Assembly (NCBI RefSeq): GCF_001194135.2
Contig: NC_068981.1
Coordinates: 184,121,450 to 184,163,073 of the forward strand
Direction of reading: 5' to 3'
Length of the DNA stretch: 41,624 bases
Source: Octopus bimaculoides
Taxonomy: Eukaryota
Shown: piece after piece, positions 1 through 11,100 of the stretch
Layout of the letters: every line of letters begins with the position of its first letter
Numbering within the stretch: position 1 is the stretch's first letter
The notes under the pieces: generated by a model
The model's database searches: none
What the model was told of the DNA's origin: nothing
What the model saw: the letters and a program-made list of their open reading frames with translations, nothing else
Translations under genes and position numbers: made by a program

Positions 1-639
1 TTCTTCTAAGTAAACATGGCTAGAAAAGGTGATTTCATGATTCACCTGGGAATGTGTAAATTAAGAATTCTGGCAGATCAAATCAAATGTCATCTCACAT
101 TCACTTCAAATCTTTGCCCATTAACTTCTCTATACATAACTATAGTATTCACATAACCAAACAGACAATTTCAAAACTTATCTTAAAATCAGATCCTTGT
201 TCTTCACAATGCCTTCGTTCACCCAAAACAAGAATACTATAGAATACTATCTTTTTTTTTTTTGTTGCTTTTGTAATTAAAAGGAGGCACAATAAGCAGG
301 GTGACTGCTGTAGCAAGTGTCACTAACCATTCTCCATTGCAATGCTATAGCAGTCATGTCCACAGGGCACAGCTGAACACACCATATTTTCTGGTGTACT
401 CCCCACCTAGTCTTCTGTTTAATTCCCCACTTTTCTTTCTTTTTCCTAGTAATTAAATTGTGATTCAATTTTTATATAAATAAATTAATAATCGTTATCA
501 TCTTTTAAAAAGAAAAATGATTTCAATATGCAGTGAATTACGAAAGGGCGCTTTTTCTCATCTCTTATTTACCCTAAATCTGTCAGTTAAAGATTATGCA
601 GAGGACAGTTACATCTTTCATCTTTTATGGTTATTGTGA

Positions 640-835
640 CTGTCTTCAAGGAAGATGGATTGGCAGAACCAGCAGTCGTCATCATCATCATAATTTTTAT
701 GTCCAGTTTTCCTCATGGGTTGGAAAAGTGTGTACTTTTTCACATGAGGCAAACTTTTTTACAGCCAGATTCCCTTCCTGTCACCAACCCTCACTCATTT
801 CCAAGCAAGGTAATATCCCACCTCATGATCAGACA
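640..835 (-). mobile_element. 3' part of a SINE-like repeat ending in (ATG)n
   Basis: Minus strand reads ggttggtgacaggaagggaatctggctgtaaaa...ggacataaaaattatgatgatgatga. Related tails lie at about 2932-2995 and 13215-13260. Confidence 0.5.
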
Positions 836-1729
836 GGTCTTAGAAGATTGGAAAGGAAAGACACCTCTCATGACAGTAACACTTGTTTACAACTATCATG
901 CAATGTCAAGACGAGGAGACAGAAACACACACACACACACACGTGTGAAGGGCTTCTTTCANNNNNNNNNNNNNNNNNNNNNNNNNNNNNNNNNNNNNNN
1001 NNNNNNNNNNNNNNNNNNNNNNNNNNNNNNNNNNNNNNNNNNNNNNNNNNNNNNNNNNNNNNNNNNNNNNNNNNNNNNNNNNNNNNNNNNNNNNNNNNNN
1101 NNNNNNNNNNNNNNNNNNNNNNNNNNNNNNNNNNNNNNNNNNNNNNNNNNNNNNNNNNNNNNNNNNNNNNNNNNNNNNNNNNNNNNNNNNNNNNNNNNNN
1201 NNNNNNNNNNNNNNNNNNNNNNNNNNNNNNNNNNNNNNNNNNNNNNNNNNNNNNNNNNNNNNNNNNNNNNNNNNNNNNNNNNNNNNNNNNNNNNNNNNNN
1301 NNNNNNNNNNNNNNNNNNNNNNNNNNNNNNNNNNNNNNNNNNNNNNNNNNNNNNNNNNNNNNNNNNNNNNNNNNNNNNNNNNNNNNNNNNNNNNNNNNNN
1401 NNNNNNNNNNNNNNNNNNNNNNNNNNNNNNNNNNNNNNNNNNNNNNNNNNNNNNNNNNNNNNNNNNNNNNNNNNNNNNNNNNNNNNNNNNNNNNNNNNNN
1501 NNNNNNNNNNNNNNNNNNNNNNNNNNNNNNNNNNNNNNNNNNNNNNNNNNNNNNNNNNNNNNNNNNNNNNNNNNNNNNNNNNNNNNNNNNNNNNNNNNNN
1601 NNNNNNNNNNNNNNNNNNNNNNNNNNNNNNNNNNNNNNNNNNNNNNNNNNNNNNNNNNNNNNNNNNNNNNNNNNNNNNNNNNNNNNNNNNNNNNNNNNTT
1701 AAGTCAGATGGTGCTGAATGAAACTGTTT

Positions 1730-1771
1730 TAAATAATAATAATGATGATGATGAGGAGGAGGAGGAGGATG

Positions 1772-1815
<44 letters not shown>
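1730..1815. repeat. Compound trinucleotide microsatellite (AAT)(GAT)(GAG)(AAT)
   Basis: Read directly from the sequence. Confidence 0.95.
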
Positions 1816-1817
<2 letters not shown>

Positions 1818-1826
1818 ACACACACT

Positions 1827-2046
1827 CATGAAGGCGTGCTGAAAAGTTCCTAGCTTTGGGCAAAAGAAAATATAGGAGGATCAGTTAATTATCTTATTCA
1901 ACATATTCCCCTTTCAGAGCCACACATTTATTGCAGCAGCCCTTCAGAGTTTTTCTAAGCCCTGTAAAAAAAGTGGGAAGTTTGGGCCTCCAACCAAGCC
2001 TTTCATAATACCCTTAAAGCCAGAAACTTTTCACCACTCCCTCACG
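1827..2046. mobile_element. Tc1/mariner-like MITE (about 220 bp)
   Basis: Imperfect terminal inverted repeats gtgctgaaaagttcctagcttt and aaagccagaaacttttcaccac. There is no ORF. Confidence 0.6.
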
Positions 2047-2410
2047 TCTGCGTGCGTGTGTGTTTGTGTGTGTGTATAATATGTGTATAATATATATATA
2101 TATATAATACAAAGAATATATATGCATGTATACACACATATATGTATATACTTACATCTACATGTGTATATAGATGCATATCAGGGTACAGGACATTAGA
2201 ACAATGAACTACNNNNNNNNNNTGTAAGTATATACATATATGTGTGTATACATGCATATATATTCTTTGTATTATTACATCATTGAACGCACACGTCCTT
2301 TTTGCAAGTATATATATATATACTGGTGATATCATCAAATTTTGAATTTATCCACAGATGATATGAACAGTAGTGACATCTAACTTCAAATCTCAGTGTT
2401 TGAATATTTC

Positions 2411-2445
<35 letters not shown>

Positions 2446-2469
2446 TATAAAATCATCATCGTCATCATC

Positions 2470-2931
2470 AAAGCATCTACGACACCTATGTTCTTCCAGT
2501 AGTTTTATACAGGCTAGGATGTATCAACTGGACTTCTGTTGCACAACAAAAACTGGAAGTCTTTCAGAATCATGTAATGACTTATTTCTAACACCAGACA
2601 CTACTGACCATGTCAGATTTGGAGATCTAGGATAAATAACCAAATCAACATCAATCACCTCTATCATTAAAAATAATTACTCAAACAGTTTAACCATACT
2701 TAGCAGATGGCTTGTGGCGTCAGCAAGATCTATTTGGAAAGTATGATTAATGGAAAGAGAAACAGAGATCAGCAGCCTAAGAGATGGAGGGATAACATCA
2801 CAGCACGAACAGGCCAGGATATAATTTCCCTGAATGCTCCTGCCAAAGAAGGAACACTATGGAGGCCGCTATCTCATGCTGCTGGACATTCTGCCGAGGG
2901 CAGAGACAGCATAAAAAAATGATGATGATGT
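2470..2931 (+). mobile_element. 5'-truncated RTE-clade LINE (C-terminal end of ORF, with stops and frameshifts) with (TGA)n tail
   Basis: Translates to SIYDTYVLPVVLY...QKLEVFQNH...TDHVRF and LESMINGKRNRDQQPKRWRDNI...WR, the typical post-RT C-terminus of RTE elements. It ends in tgatgatgatg and is flanked by gtcatcatc at 2461-2469 and 2932-2940 (possible TSD). Confidence 0.75.
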
Positions 2932-4029
2932 GTCATCATCCTCATTGTTTAACATCCGCTTTCCATGCTGGCATGAGTTGGACAGTTTGACTGAAAGTAA
3001 CTATCATTATTCCAGACCACCAAGCACCCAGAAACGGCTGTTGGACTCGTAAAACTCTACCTATTTAACTCTTGATATCTTATATTCTGCAAGTCAGACT
3101 ATTTTACATCCATACACATATACATTTTTTTTTCTATTAAATGTATTTAATACTCTGCGTAAACTGACTTGCCTAACTTGTCATTACTCTCNNNNNNNNN
3201 NNNNNNNNNNNNNNNNNNNNNNNNNNNNNNNNNNNNNNNNNNNNNNNNNNNNNNNNNNNNNNNNNNNNNNNNNNNNNNNNNNNNNNNNNNNNNNNNNNNN
3301 NNNNNNNNNNNNNNNNNNNNNNNNNNNNNNNNNNNNNNNNNNNNNNNNNNNNNNNNNNNNNNNNNNNNNNNNNNNNNNNNNNNNNNNNNNNNNNNNNNNN
3401 NNNNNNNNNNNNNNNNNNNNNNNNNNNNNNNNNNNNNNNNNNNNNNNNNNNNNNNNNNNNNNNNNNNNNNNNNNNNNNNNNNNNNNNNNNNNNNNNNNNN
3501 NNNNNNNNNNNNNNNNNNNNNNNNNNNNNNNNNNNNNNNNNNNNNNNNNNNNNNNNNNNNNNNNNNNNNNNNNNNNNNNNNNNNNNNNNNNNNNNNNNNN
3601 NNNNNNNNNNNNNNNNNNNNNNNNNNNNNNNNNNNNNNNNNNNNNNNNNNNNNNNNNNNNNNNNNNNNNNNNNNNNNNNNNNNNNNNNNNNNNNNNNNNN
3701 NNNNNNNNNNNNNNNNNNNNNNNNNNNNNNNNNNNNNNNNNNNNNNNNNNNNNNNNNNNNNNNNNNNNNNNNNNNNNNNNNNNNNNNNNNNNNNNNNNNN
3801 NNNNNNNNNNNNNNNNNNNNNNNNNNNNNNNNNNNNNNNNNNNNNNNNNNNNNNNNNNNNNNNNNNNNNNNNNNNNNNNNNNNNNNNNNNNNNNNNNNNN
3901 NNNNNNNNNNNNNNNNNNNNNNNNNNNNNNNNNNNNNNNNNNNNNNNNNNNNNNNNNNNNNNNNNNNNNNNNNNNNNNNNTTTTTTTTTATTGTGCCTTC
4001 AGCCATATTGTCAAAAAGTTGTAACTTAC

Positions 4030-4080
4030 CATTTACTGTCAGCATGCCAGAATTCATGTAGATTGACAACTTCAATTGAC
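4030..4080 (-). CDS. 51-nt internal coding exon; N-terminal strand of a C2 domain of RGS3/PsGEF type (G-QLKLSIYMNSGMLTVN)
   Basis: Minus strand has acceptor ttgatttctgttttcag| (AG ends at 4081) and consensus donor AATG|gtaagt (GT at 4029-4028). The exon is phase 1-1 and in frame with the 7139-7300 exon. The peptide resembles human RGS3 C2 'GQLRLSI...VLLLHI' as recalled from memory, not searched. Confidence 0.7.
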
Positions 4081-4109
4081 CTGAAAACAGAAATCAACAC
4101 CAATGTAAA

Positions 4110-4200
4110 AAGAGGAGGGGGGGGAAGCAGCAGCAGCAGCTACATCTTCACCACCACCACCACCATCATCACCATCACCATCATCACCATCACCATCATC
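4110..4200. repeat. Compound (AGC)/(ACC)/(ATC) microsatellite just upstream of the 4081 acceptor
   Basis: Read directly from the sequence. Confidence 0.9.
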
Positions 4201-4624
4201 ACAAACACTAGTGTTAGTCTTCTTACTATCAGTTATCCTAAACAAACACTGACCCTACAAATAGTTCACCTCTATGTCACTATCAAGCAGAACCTTCACC
4301 CTTTTACAGCCATATTTCTGTAGGAATGCATTACTTTGTTTAAATTAAATTTGAAAATACTAATGAATTTAGTAAAATAAACAATTTTGTCGTTATTCAG
4401 CTGGTGTTGGGAACATAAATTTGGATGGAAGTTTTTTAAAATTTAGGTGACTTTAAAACAGGAATAGTCAGTCCCAGGAAATTCAGTATCAAAAGGGTCA
4501 ACCATAGCAAGTCAACAACAGGTGGGAATAACTTGTATGTGTTGCTCGACCTGCTAGAAATAGTAACCTAATTTCCTTCAAATTACACTCTATCATTTAT
4601 TATTAAAAAAAAATAAAAAAATTA

Positions 4625-4770
4625 GGTGGTAAGTAGCTTGCTTACCAACCACATGGTTCCGGGTTCATTCCCACTATGTGGCACCTTGAGCAAGTGCCTC
4701 CTACTATAGCCTCAGGCCGACCAAAGCCTTGTAAGTGGATTTGGTAGATGGAAAGTGAAAGAAGCCCATC

Positions 4771-4807
<37 letters not shown>

Positions 4808-5000
4808 TGTGTATATGTTTGTCCCCCCACCAACATTGCTTGACAACTGATGGTAGTGTGTTTACGTTCCCGTAACTTAGCAGTTCAGCAAAAGGGACCG
4901 ATAGAAAAAGTACTAAGCTTACAAAGAATGAGTTCTAAAGGCGGTGCTCCAGCATGGCCGCAGTCAAATGACTGAAACAAGTATAAGAGTAAAGGAGTAA
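4625..5000 (+). mobile_element. SINE family B (tRNA-like head, internal (TG)n, ...gactgaaacaagtaaaagag tail)
   Basis: ggtaagtagcttgcttaccaaccacatggttccgggttc...ggcggtgctccagcatggccgcagtcaaatgactgaaacaag; this sequence recurs many times in the window. Confidence 0.85.
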
Positions 5001-5004
5001 TGGC

Positions 5005-5632
5005 GTTGGTGTGGCTGTGTGGTAAAAAGGCGCCGAGCTGGCAGAAACGTTAACATGCCGGGCAAAATGCTTAGCGGTATTTCGTCTGCCGTTACGTTCT
5101 GAGTTCAAATTCCGCCGAGGTCGACTTTGCCTTTCATCCTTTCGGGGTCGATTAAATAAGTACCAGTTACGCACTGGGGTCGATATAATCAACTTAATCC
5201 ATTTGTCTGTCCTTGTTTGTCTCCTCTGTGTGTAGCCCCTTGTGAGCAGTAAAGAAATAAGAAGCTTGCTTCCCAATCACATGGTTCTGGGTTCAGTCCT
5301 ACTGCATGGCACCTTGGGCAAGTGTTTTCTATAGCCTCAGGCTGACCAAAGCCTTGTGGAATAGATTTGATAGATGGAAACTGAAAGAAGCCCATCATAT
5401 ACATCTATGTGTGTGTGTCTTTATGTCTGTGTTTGTCCCCCACCACTGCTTGACAACTGGTGGTGTGTTTACATCCCCATGACTTAGCAGTTCAACAAAA
5501 GAAGCCAATAGAATAAGTACCAGGCTTAAAAAGAAATAAGTCCTGGGATCGATTTGTTTGGTTAAAACCCTTCAAGGCTGTGCCCCAGCATGGCCAGTCA
5601 GATGACTGAAAAAAGTAAAGGATAAAAGATAG
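5005..5632 (+). mobile_element. SINE family B interrupted by a family A SINE (5029-5258)
   Basis: Head gtggctgtgtggtaa is split from gaagcttgcttcccaatcacatgg by a complete family A copy. Confidence 0.8.
5029..5258 (+). mobile_element. SINE family A (ggcggcgagctggcagaa head), near-intact
   Basis: gagctggcagaaacgttaac...gttctgagttcaaattccgccgaggtcgactttgcctttcatcctttcggggtcga; this is the most abundant repeat in the window. Confidence 0.85.
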
Positions 5633-5812
5633 AGTAGTCCAAGATACACAATGCTTATGAATATGGCTGAAACACCTTTGGTCATGAAGCTTCTTGTGGA
5701 GGGAGGTGGCTGTGAGGATTGAAAGGAGCAGACAAATGTCAGACCATGTTTAATTAAATTAAAATGGTTTCCAACTGGTTAAACTTGTCCAACACTCTGG
5801 TGATGATGAAGA

Positions 5813-5972
5813 GTGTTAAGTAGCTTGCTTACGAACTACATGGTTCCGGGTTCAGTCCCACTGCGTGGCACCTTGGGCAAGTGTCTTCTACTATAGCCTT
5901 GGGCTGACCAAAGCCTTGTGAGTGGATTTGGTAGACGGAAATTGAAAGAAGCCTGTTGTATATGTGTATATT

Positions 5973-6003
<31 letters not shown>

Positions 6004-6061
6004 ATTTGTCCCCCACCCCCCACCATCGCTTGACAACCGATGCTGGTGTGTTTACGTCCCT
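5813..6061 (+). mobile_element. SINE family B (3' part in gap)
   Basis: Colinear with 4625-4870. Confidence 0.8.
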
Positions 6062-6810
6062 NNNNNNNNNNNNNNNNNNNNNNNNNNNNNNNNNNNNNNN
6101 NNNNNNNNNNNNNNNNNNNNNNNNNNNNNNNNNNNNNNNNNNNNNNNNNNNNNNNNNNNNNNNNNNNNNNNNNNNNNNNNNNNNNNNNNNNNNNNNNNNN
6201 NNNNNNNNNNNNNNNNNNNNNNNNNNNNNNNNNNNNNNNNNNNNNNNNNNNNNNNNNNNNNNNNNNNNNNNNNNNNNNNNNNNNNNNNNNNNNNNNNNNN
6301 NNNNNNNNNNNNNNNNNNNNNNNNNNNNNNNNNNNNNNNNNNNNNNNNNNNNNNNNNNNNNNNNNNNNNNNNNNNNNNNNNNNNNNNNNNNNNNNNNNNN
6401 NNNNNNNNNNNNNNNNNNNNNNNNNNNNNNNNNNNNNNNNNNNNNNNNNNNNNNNNNNNNNNNNNNNNNNNNNNNNNNNNNNNNNNNNNNNNNNNNNNNN
6501 NNNNNNNNNNNNNNNNNNNNNNNNNNNNNNNNNNNNNNNNNNNNNNNNNNNNNNNNNNNNNNNNNNNNNNNNNNNNNNNNNNNNNNNNNNNNNNNNNNNN
6601 NNNNNNNNNNNNNNNNNNNNNNNNNNNNNNNNNNNNNNNNNNNNNNNNNNNNNNNNNNNNNNNNNNNNNNNNNNNNNNNNNNNNNNNNNNNNNNNNNNNN
6701 NNNNNNNNNNNNNNNNNNNNNNNNNNNNNNNNNNNNNNNNNNNNNNNNNNNNNNNNNNNNNNNNNNNNNNNNNNNNNNNNNNNNNNNNNNNNTATATATA
6801 TATATATACA

Positions 6811-6940
6811 TACTCCTTTACTTGTTTCAGTCATTTGACTGCGGCCATGCTGGAGCACCACCTTTAGTCGAGCAAATCGACCCCAGGACTTATTCTTTGT
6901 AAGCCTAGTACTTATTGTATCAGTCAGTTTTGTCGAACCA
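6811..6940 (-). mobile_element. SINE family B 3' tail
   Basis: tactccttttacttgtttcagtcatttgactgcggccatgctggagcacc is the reverse complement of the family B tail. Confidence 0.8.
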
Positions 6941-7049
6941 GTTATGGGTGACACAGAGTGCCAGTTATGGGTGACACAGAGTGCCAGTTATAGGTGACAC
7001 AAGAGTGCCAGTTGTGGGCGACACAGAGTGTCAGTTATGGGTGACACAG
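6938..7049 (+). repeat. 23-bp minisatellite, about 4.8 copies (ccagttatgggtgacacagagtg)
   Basis: Units start at 6938, 6961, 6984 (24 bp), 7008 and 7031. Confidence 0.95.
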
Positions 7050-7138
7050 CTATGAGTGGCATAGCTCAGTGATTACAATACACAATACAGTGATTATAAT
7101 AAACAGAACCAAGAAAAGAAATAAGCAAAATATCAAAC

Positions 7139-7300
7139 CTTGTTTCCGCAGATTTTTGACAGCTTCTTTCTTATATTTGCTCATTCGTTCCTGTGAGATT
7201 TGAGTTGCTGGGACATTGATACGCAATCTCTTGAAAGGACTAAGGTCAGCTTCCATCCCACAGTCTTTTTCTTCTTTTCTTTTACTGTTTGATGTCATAA
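7139..7300 (-). CDS. 162-nt coding exon (MTSNSKRKEEKDCGMEADLSPFKRLRINVPATQISQERMSKYKKEAVKNLRKQ), upstream exon of the same C2-domain gene; may carry the start codon
   Basis: Acceptor ctatttatctgtccag|TTATG (AG ends at 7301) and donor ACAAG|gtttga (GT at 7138-7137). Only one frame is open. The phase-1 end joins in frame to 4080. Basic NLS-like motifs KRK and KRLR are present. Confidence 0.6.
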
Positions 7301-7648
7301 CTGGACAGATAAATAGCAGTGGGAGTCTTAAAAAAAAACCTGTTCCATGAAACATGTATTGTAACAATTACAAACAATGATGGTAGTAGTTATTGATGGT
7401 GGTGGTGGGGTGAAGGTTGAGATGGTGGTGACAACAAAGCTAAAATGGTGGTAATTATGATGGTGGTGATGTTTATACTTATGCTCAATACATCCTTGTG
7501 TTGAAGAGGAGTAGATTCTGAGTGATATATTGTCATCTGTATGTTAGGTAAACTTGTCCAAACCAATGTTTTGTTCAATCAAATTTTTTTTTTTAATGGT
7601 GTGCACACACATATACACACTGACATAATTTTTTCAAAATCTAAGTTT

Positions 7649-7684
<36 letters not shown>

Positions 7685-8924
7685 TGTGCGTGTGTGTGTG
7701 TCAGTTCTTTTCATATTAGCTTTCAATATAATCGCTAGCTAGACCATCTGAAAGTTATTTCTAGAAAATTTCATTTAAAAATATCTGTTTTACCGAAAGT
7801 TATGAGGAAACAAAGTCAGGAGGGCACACTTGTGTAGGTACACCGNNNNNNNNNNNNNNNNNNNNNNNNNNNNNNNNNNNNNNNNNNNNNNNNNNNNNNN
7901 NNNNNNNNNNNNNNNNNNNNNNNNNNNNNNNNNNNNNNNNNNNNNNNNNNNNNNNNNNNNNNNNNNNNNNNNNNNNNNNNNNNNNNNNNNNNNNNNNNNN
8001 NNNNNNNNNNNNNNNNNNNNNNNNNNNNNNNNNNNNNNNNNNNNNNNNNNNNNNNNNNNNNNNNNNNNNNNNNNNNNNNNNNNNNNNNNNNNNNNNNNNN
8101 NNNNNNNNNNNNNNNNNNNNNNNNNNNNNNNNNNNNNNNNNNNNNNNNNNNNNNNNNNNNNNNNNNNNNNNNNNNNNNNNNNNNNNNNNNNNNNNNNNNN
8201 NNNNNNNNNNNNNNNNNNNNNNNNNNNNNNNNNNNNNNNNNNNNNNNNNNNNNNNNNNNNNNNNNNNNNNNNNNNNNNNNNNNNNNNNNNNNNNNNNNNN
8301 NNNNNNNNNNNNNNNNNNNNNNNNNNNNNNNNNNNNNNNNNNNNNNNNNNNNNAAAGCCTTTTATCTACCCAATCTCACTGCTGGCTGCAAATAAAGACA
8401 AGTGTGTGGTGAAAAGCTTCCTTTGGAGGAGAGAAAATAAAAACTAATAACTGTAAAAAAAGACAACACAAAAGAAAACAAGTGTACTGTTATAAAGAGT
8501 TAAAAATACAGCCATCTTTCTCCCAACAAACGTCTAAATCAACAGAAAATTTCCTTCAGTTGACTACAAAAAAAAAAAAAAATACAATGAACTATGACTT
8601 TGTAATTCAAATAAAAATATAATAAATACACTTGTCAATCTATCTCAGAAAATAACATCTCTATGATTCAGAGATTTTTACCTGAAACTCCTTTCTTCAT
8701 TGGTCCACGCCCTTAATTTTACTCAGAGCAGCTAGACCTGCTAAAACAGCAGCCAAATGTCCTCTAAATTCTATCCTAGTTTAAAAAAAAAAAGATAGTT
8801 CTGGATACACAGTAACAAAGATGGGATGGTCACAGTTAAAACAGGTTTTTGACCAAGATGTTTTTTTCACTCCTCTTCAACATTAAGATGGATTGCATTT
8901 TTTCTTTTATTTATTTTATCTTCA

Positions 8925-9300
8925 TTTTTATCTTGTTTCAGTCGCTGGACTGCGTCTGTGTTGGGGGCAGTGCTTTTAAGGATTTTAGTCAAAACAAATC
9001 GACCCCAATGACTTTTTCTTTTAGAGTCTGTATTTATTTTATCAGTTTTTTAACAAACTGTTGTTACAGTAACAAAAACAAACCAACATCGATTGTCAAA
9101 TTGTAGTAGGGGACAACACAGCACAAGCACAGGCGCCCGCGCGAGCACATACACACTCACACACACACACATGAAACGTTTTTCAGTTTCTGTCTACCAA
9201 ATCCACTCAAGGATCTGGTCGGCCCGAGGCTCTGCAGAAGGGCTTGAACCCAAAGCCAACAAAGTTGTGAAGCAAGCTTCTGAACACAGAATGGCAAAAG
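8925..9300 (-). mobile_element. Degenerate SINE family B
   Basis: Contains tttcagtttctgtctaccaaatccactc and ggtcggcccgaggct, plus a degenerate tail. Confidence 0.65.
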
Positions 9301-9689
9301 CGAAAATAACTATTACTAGGCATTTCATCTAATGCTCCAAAAATTCATCTAATTCACCACCTGAGTTAATTTGAATATCGGAACATATTCAGAGTGATAC
9401 ATTTTCCATTTATTTACAATAAAATTATTCGACCACGACATCCACAAGTTACGCCTGTGCCAATTTATTTATTTTTTTATTTATTTATTTACCAATCCAA
9501 TATTTGTTTGCCACATGTTTTATCTGTTGTTTTGTTAAGCCTCAAGTCTTCTCTGATCAAGAAAACCTATGACAGCAGGCATTCCACCCATGACCATATC
9601 ATCATACCACCTCTCTTTCTGAAGTAGTCTGTCCAAGACTAAATTATCCAACATGTCGCTTTTTTAACCATTTCTACACACAAGACAAA

Positions 9690-9960
9690 CCTGTCTTCCT
9701 TGATGGACAACGAGGGTTCCAGTTGATCCGATCAACGGGAACAACAACCTGCTCGTGAAATTAACGTGCACATGTTTGAGCACTGCACAAACACGAGTAC
9801 CCTTACCGTAGTTCACAGGTAGATTCAACGTGATACAGAATGTGATAAGGCTAGTTCTTTAAAATACAGGTACAATTAATTTTTGCCAGCTGTAGCAACG
9901 TGAAATAAAATGTCTTGTTCAATGACACATCGTGCCGCCGGGTAGCGAACTCACTACAAC
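9690..9960 (-). mobile_element. Older SINE copy: family C body with the same 3' tail as 11605-11973
   Basis: Shares cctgctcgtgaaattaacgtgca and gtacccttaacgtagttc-like segments with 11605-11760. The 5' part carries the tgtgtc.ttga.caagaca.tttatttcacg body motif. Confidence 0.7.
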
Positions 9961-10334
9961 TATAGAAAGGCTCCTTATTCACTCCTTTGATGGGGGAAAT
10001 GATAACCAAGTCTCCTTCTAACAGCACCAAGACACACGCACATCAAATAAATATATTTCCTTTCAGACTCATGAATATCACAAAACCAAAGCCTTTACAA
10101 ATACCTGATGACTTTTCATGACAAGTACACATCGAAAACATTTCAAACAGTCTTTCTCACGTCTGAGAAAATCTCTCAGCCCTCACTATTTGTTGATCAT
10201 CTATATCAGGGATACCCACCTACAAACCAGTATTGAGCCGCACAGAATTTTAAAATTTTATTTCTATTTTATTGACTATCGCAGTTTGCTGGGTGTTTTT
10301 ATATTAAGTATGTAATATATAGTTAAAAATATGT

Positions 10335-10530
10335 AGGGCAGAATCATGTTTTGCAAAATGCTTAGCGGCATTTCGTCCGTCTTTACGTTCTGAGTTCAAA
10401 TTCCATAGAGATCGACTTTGCTTTTCGTCCTTTAGGGTCCGATAAAGTAAGTACCAGTTGAGCACTGGAGTCGGTGTAATCGACCAAACCCATCCACATT
10501 GCTGGCCTTGTGCCAAAATTTGAAACCAGT
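10335..10530 (+). mobile_element. SINE family A
   Basis: Same gttctgagttcaaattcc...gactttgc core. Confidence 0.8.
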
Positions 10531-10559
10531 TTGTATTATATTTGTAAAGATATTACGTA

Positions 10560-10880
10560 ATACTGGCTGAGTGATTAGAGCGTCGGGCTTACGATCATGA
10601 GTGTGTGTTCGATCCCCGGAGCGGGCTCTACGTTGTGTTCTTGAGCTTAGACACTTTATTTCGCGTTCAATCAGCTGTAGAAATGAGTTGTGACGTCACT
10701 GGTGCTAAGCCGTATCGGCCTTTGACTTTCCCTTGGATGTTAGCAGCTTGGAGAACGGAGGTTGGTATGCATGGGTGATTGCTGGTCTTCCATAAAACAA
10801 CCTTGTCCGAACTTGTGCCTTGGAGGGTAACTTTCTAGGTGCATCCTATGGTCACGAATGACTGAAGGTTTTTTTTTTAC
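10560..10880 (+). mobile_element. tRNA-derived SINE (family C head and body, distinct tail)
   Basis: tggctgagtgattag (A box) and gttcgatccc (B box), followed by gttgtgttcttgagc..gacactttattt. Confidence 0.75.
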
Positions 10881-10899
10881 CCTATGTATGTAATAATTC

Positions 10900-11100
10900 A
10901 TTATAAATTATGTACATCATTGTATTTTGTTATGCGCATAATCCCCCCCCCCGCCCCACCTCAGTAATAAAACAATTGACTTGTATGAAACCAGTCAATG
11001 GTGCAAAATAGGCTGAGGACCACTGCTCTATATCAGTGATTCTTAAACTTATTTTATTGCAGAACCTTTGCCTATATTTTAAGATAAACTCCTTGACATC
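10900..11100. mobile_element. Two adjacent hAT/Charlie-like MITE termini
   Basis: ...aggctgaggaccactg ends at 11025, followed by the 8 bp ctctatat, then cagtgattcttaaactt from 11034. CAGTG-type termini and an NTCTAGAN-like target are typical of Charlie hATs. The opposite ends are not visible. Confidence 0.4.

Noticed and set aside
277-468. 63-aa minus-strand ORF as the next exon of the C2 gene
   Set aside because: There is no pyrimidine-rich acceptor and no continuation of C2 motifs. The next exon is probably in a gap or outside the window.
4642-6036. Mutually similar short ORFs (QGFGQPEAIV..TCPRCH..G.NPEP)
   Set aside because: They are antisense translations of repeated SINE copies, not a peptide gene family.
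6938-7049. CRISPR-like appearance of 23-bp direct repeats
   Set aside because: The units are contiguous with no unique spacers, the context is eukaryotic, and there are no cas genes.
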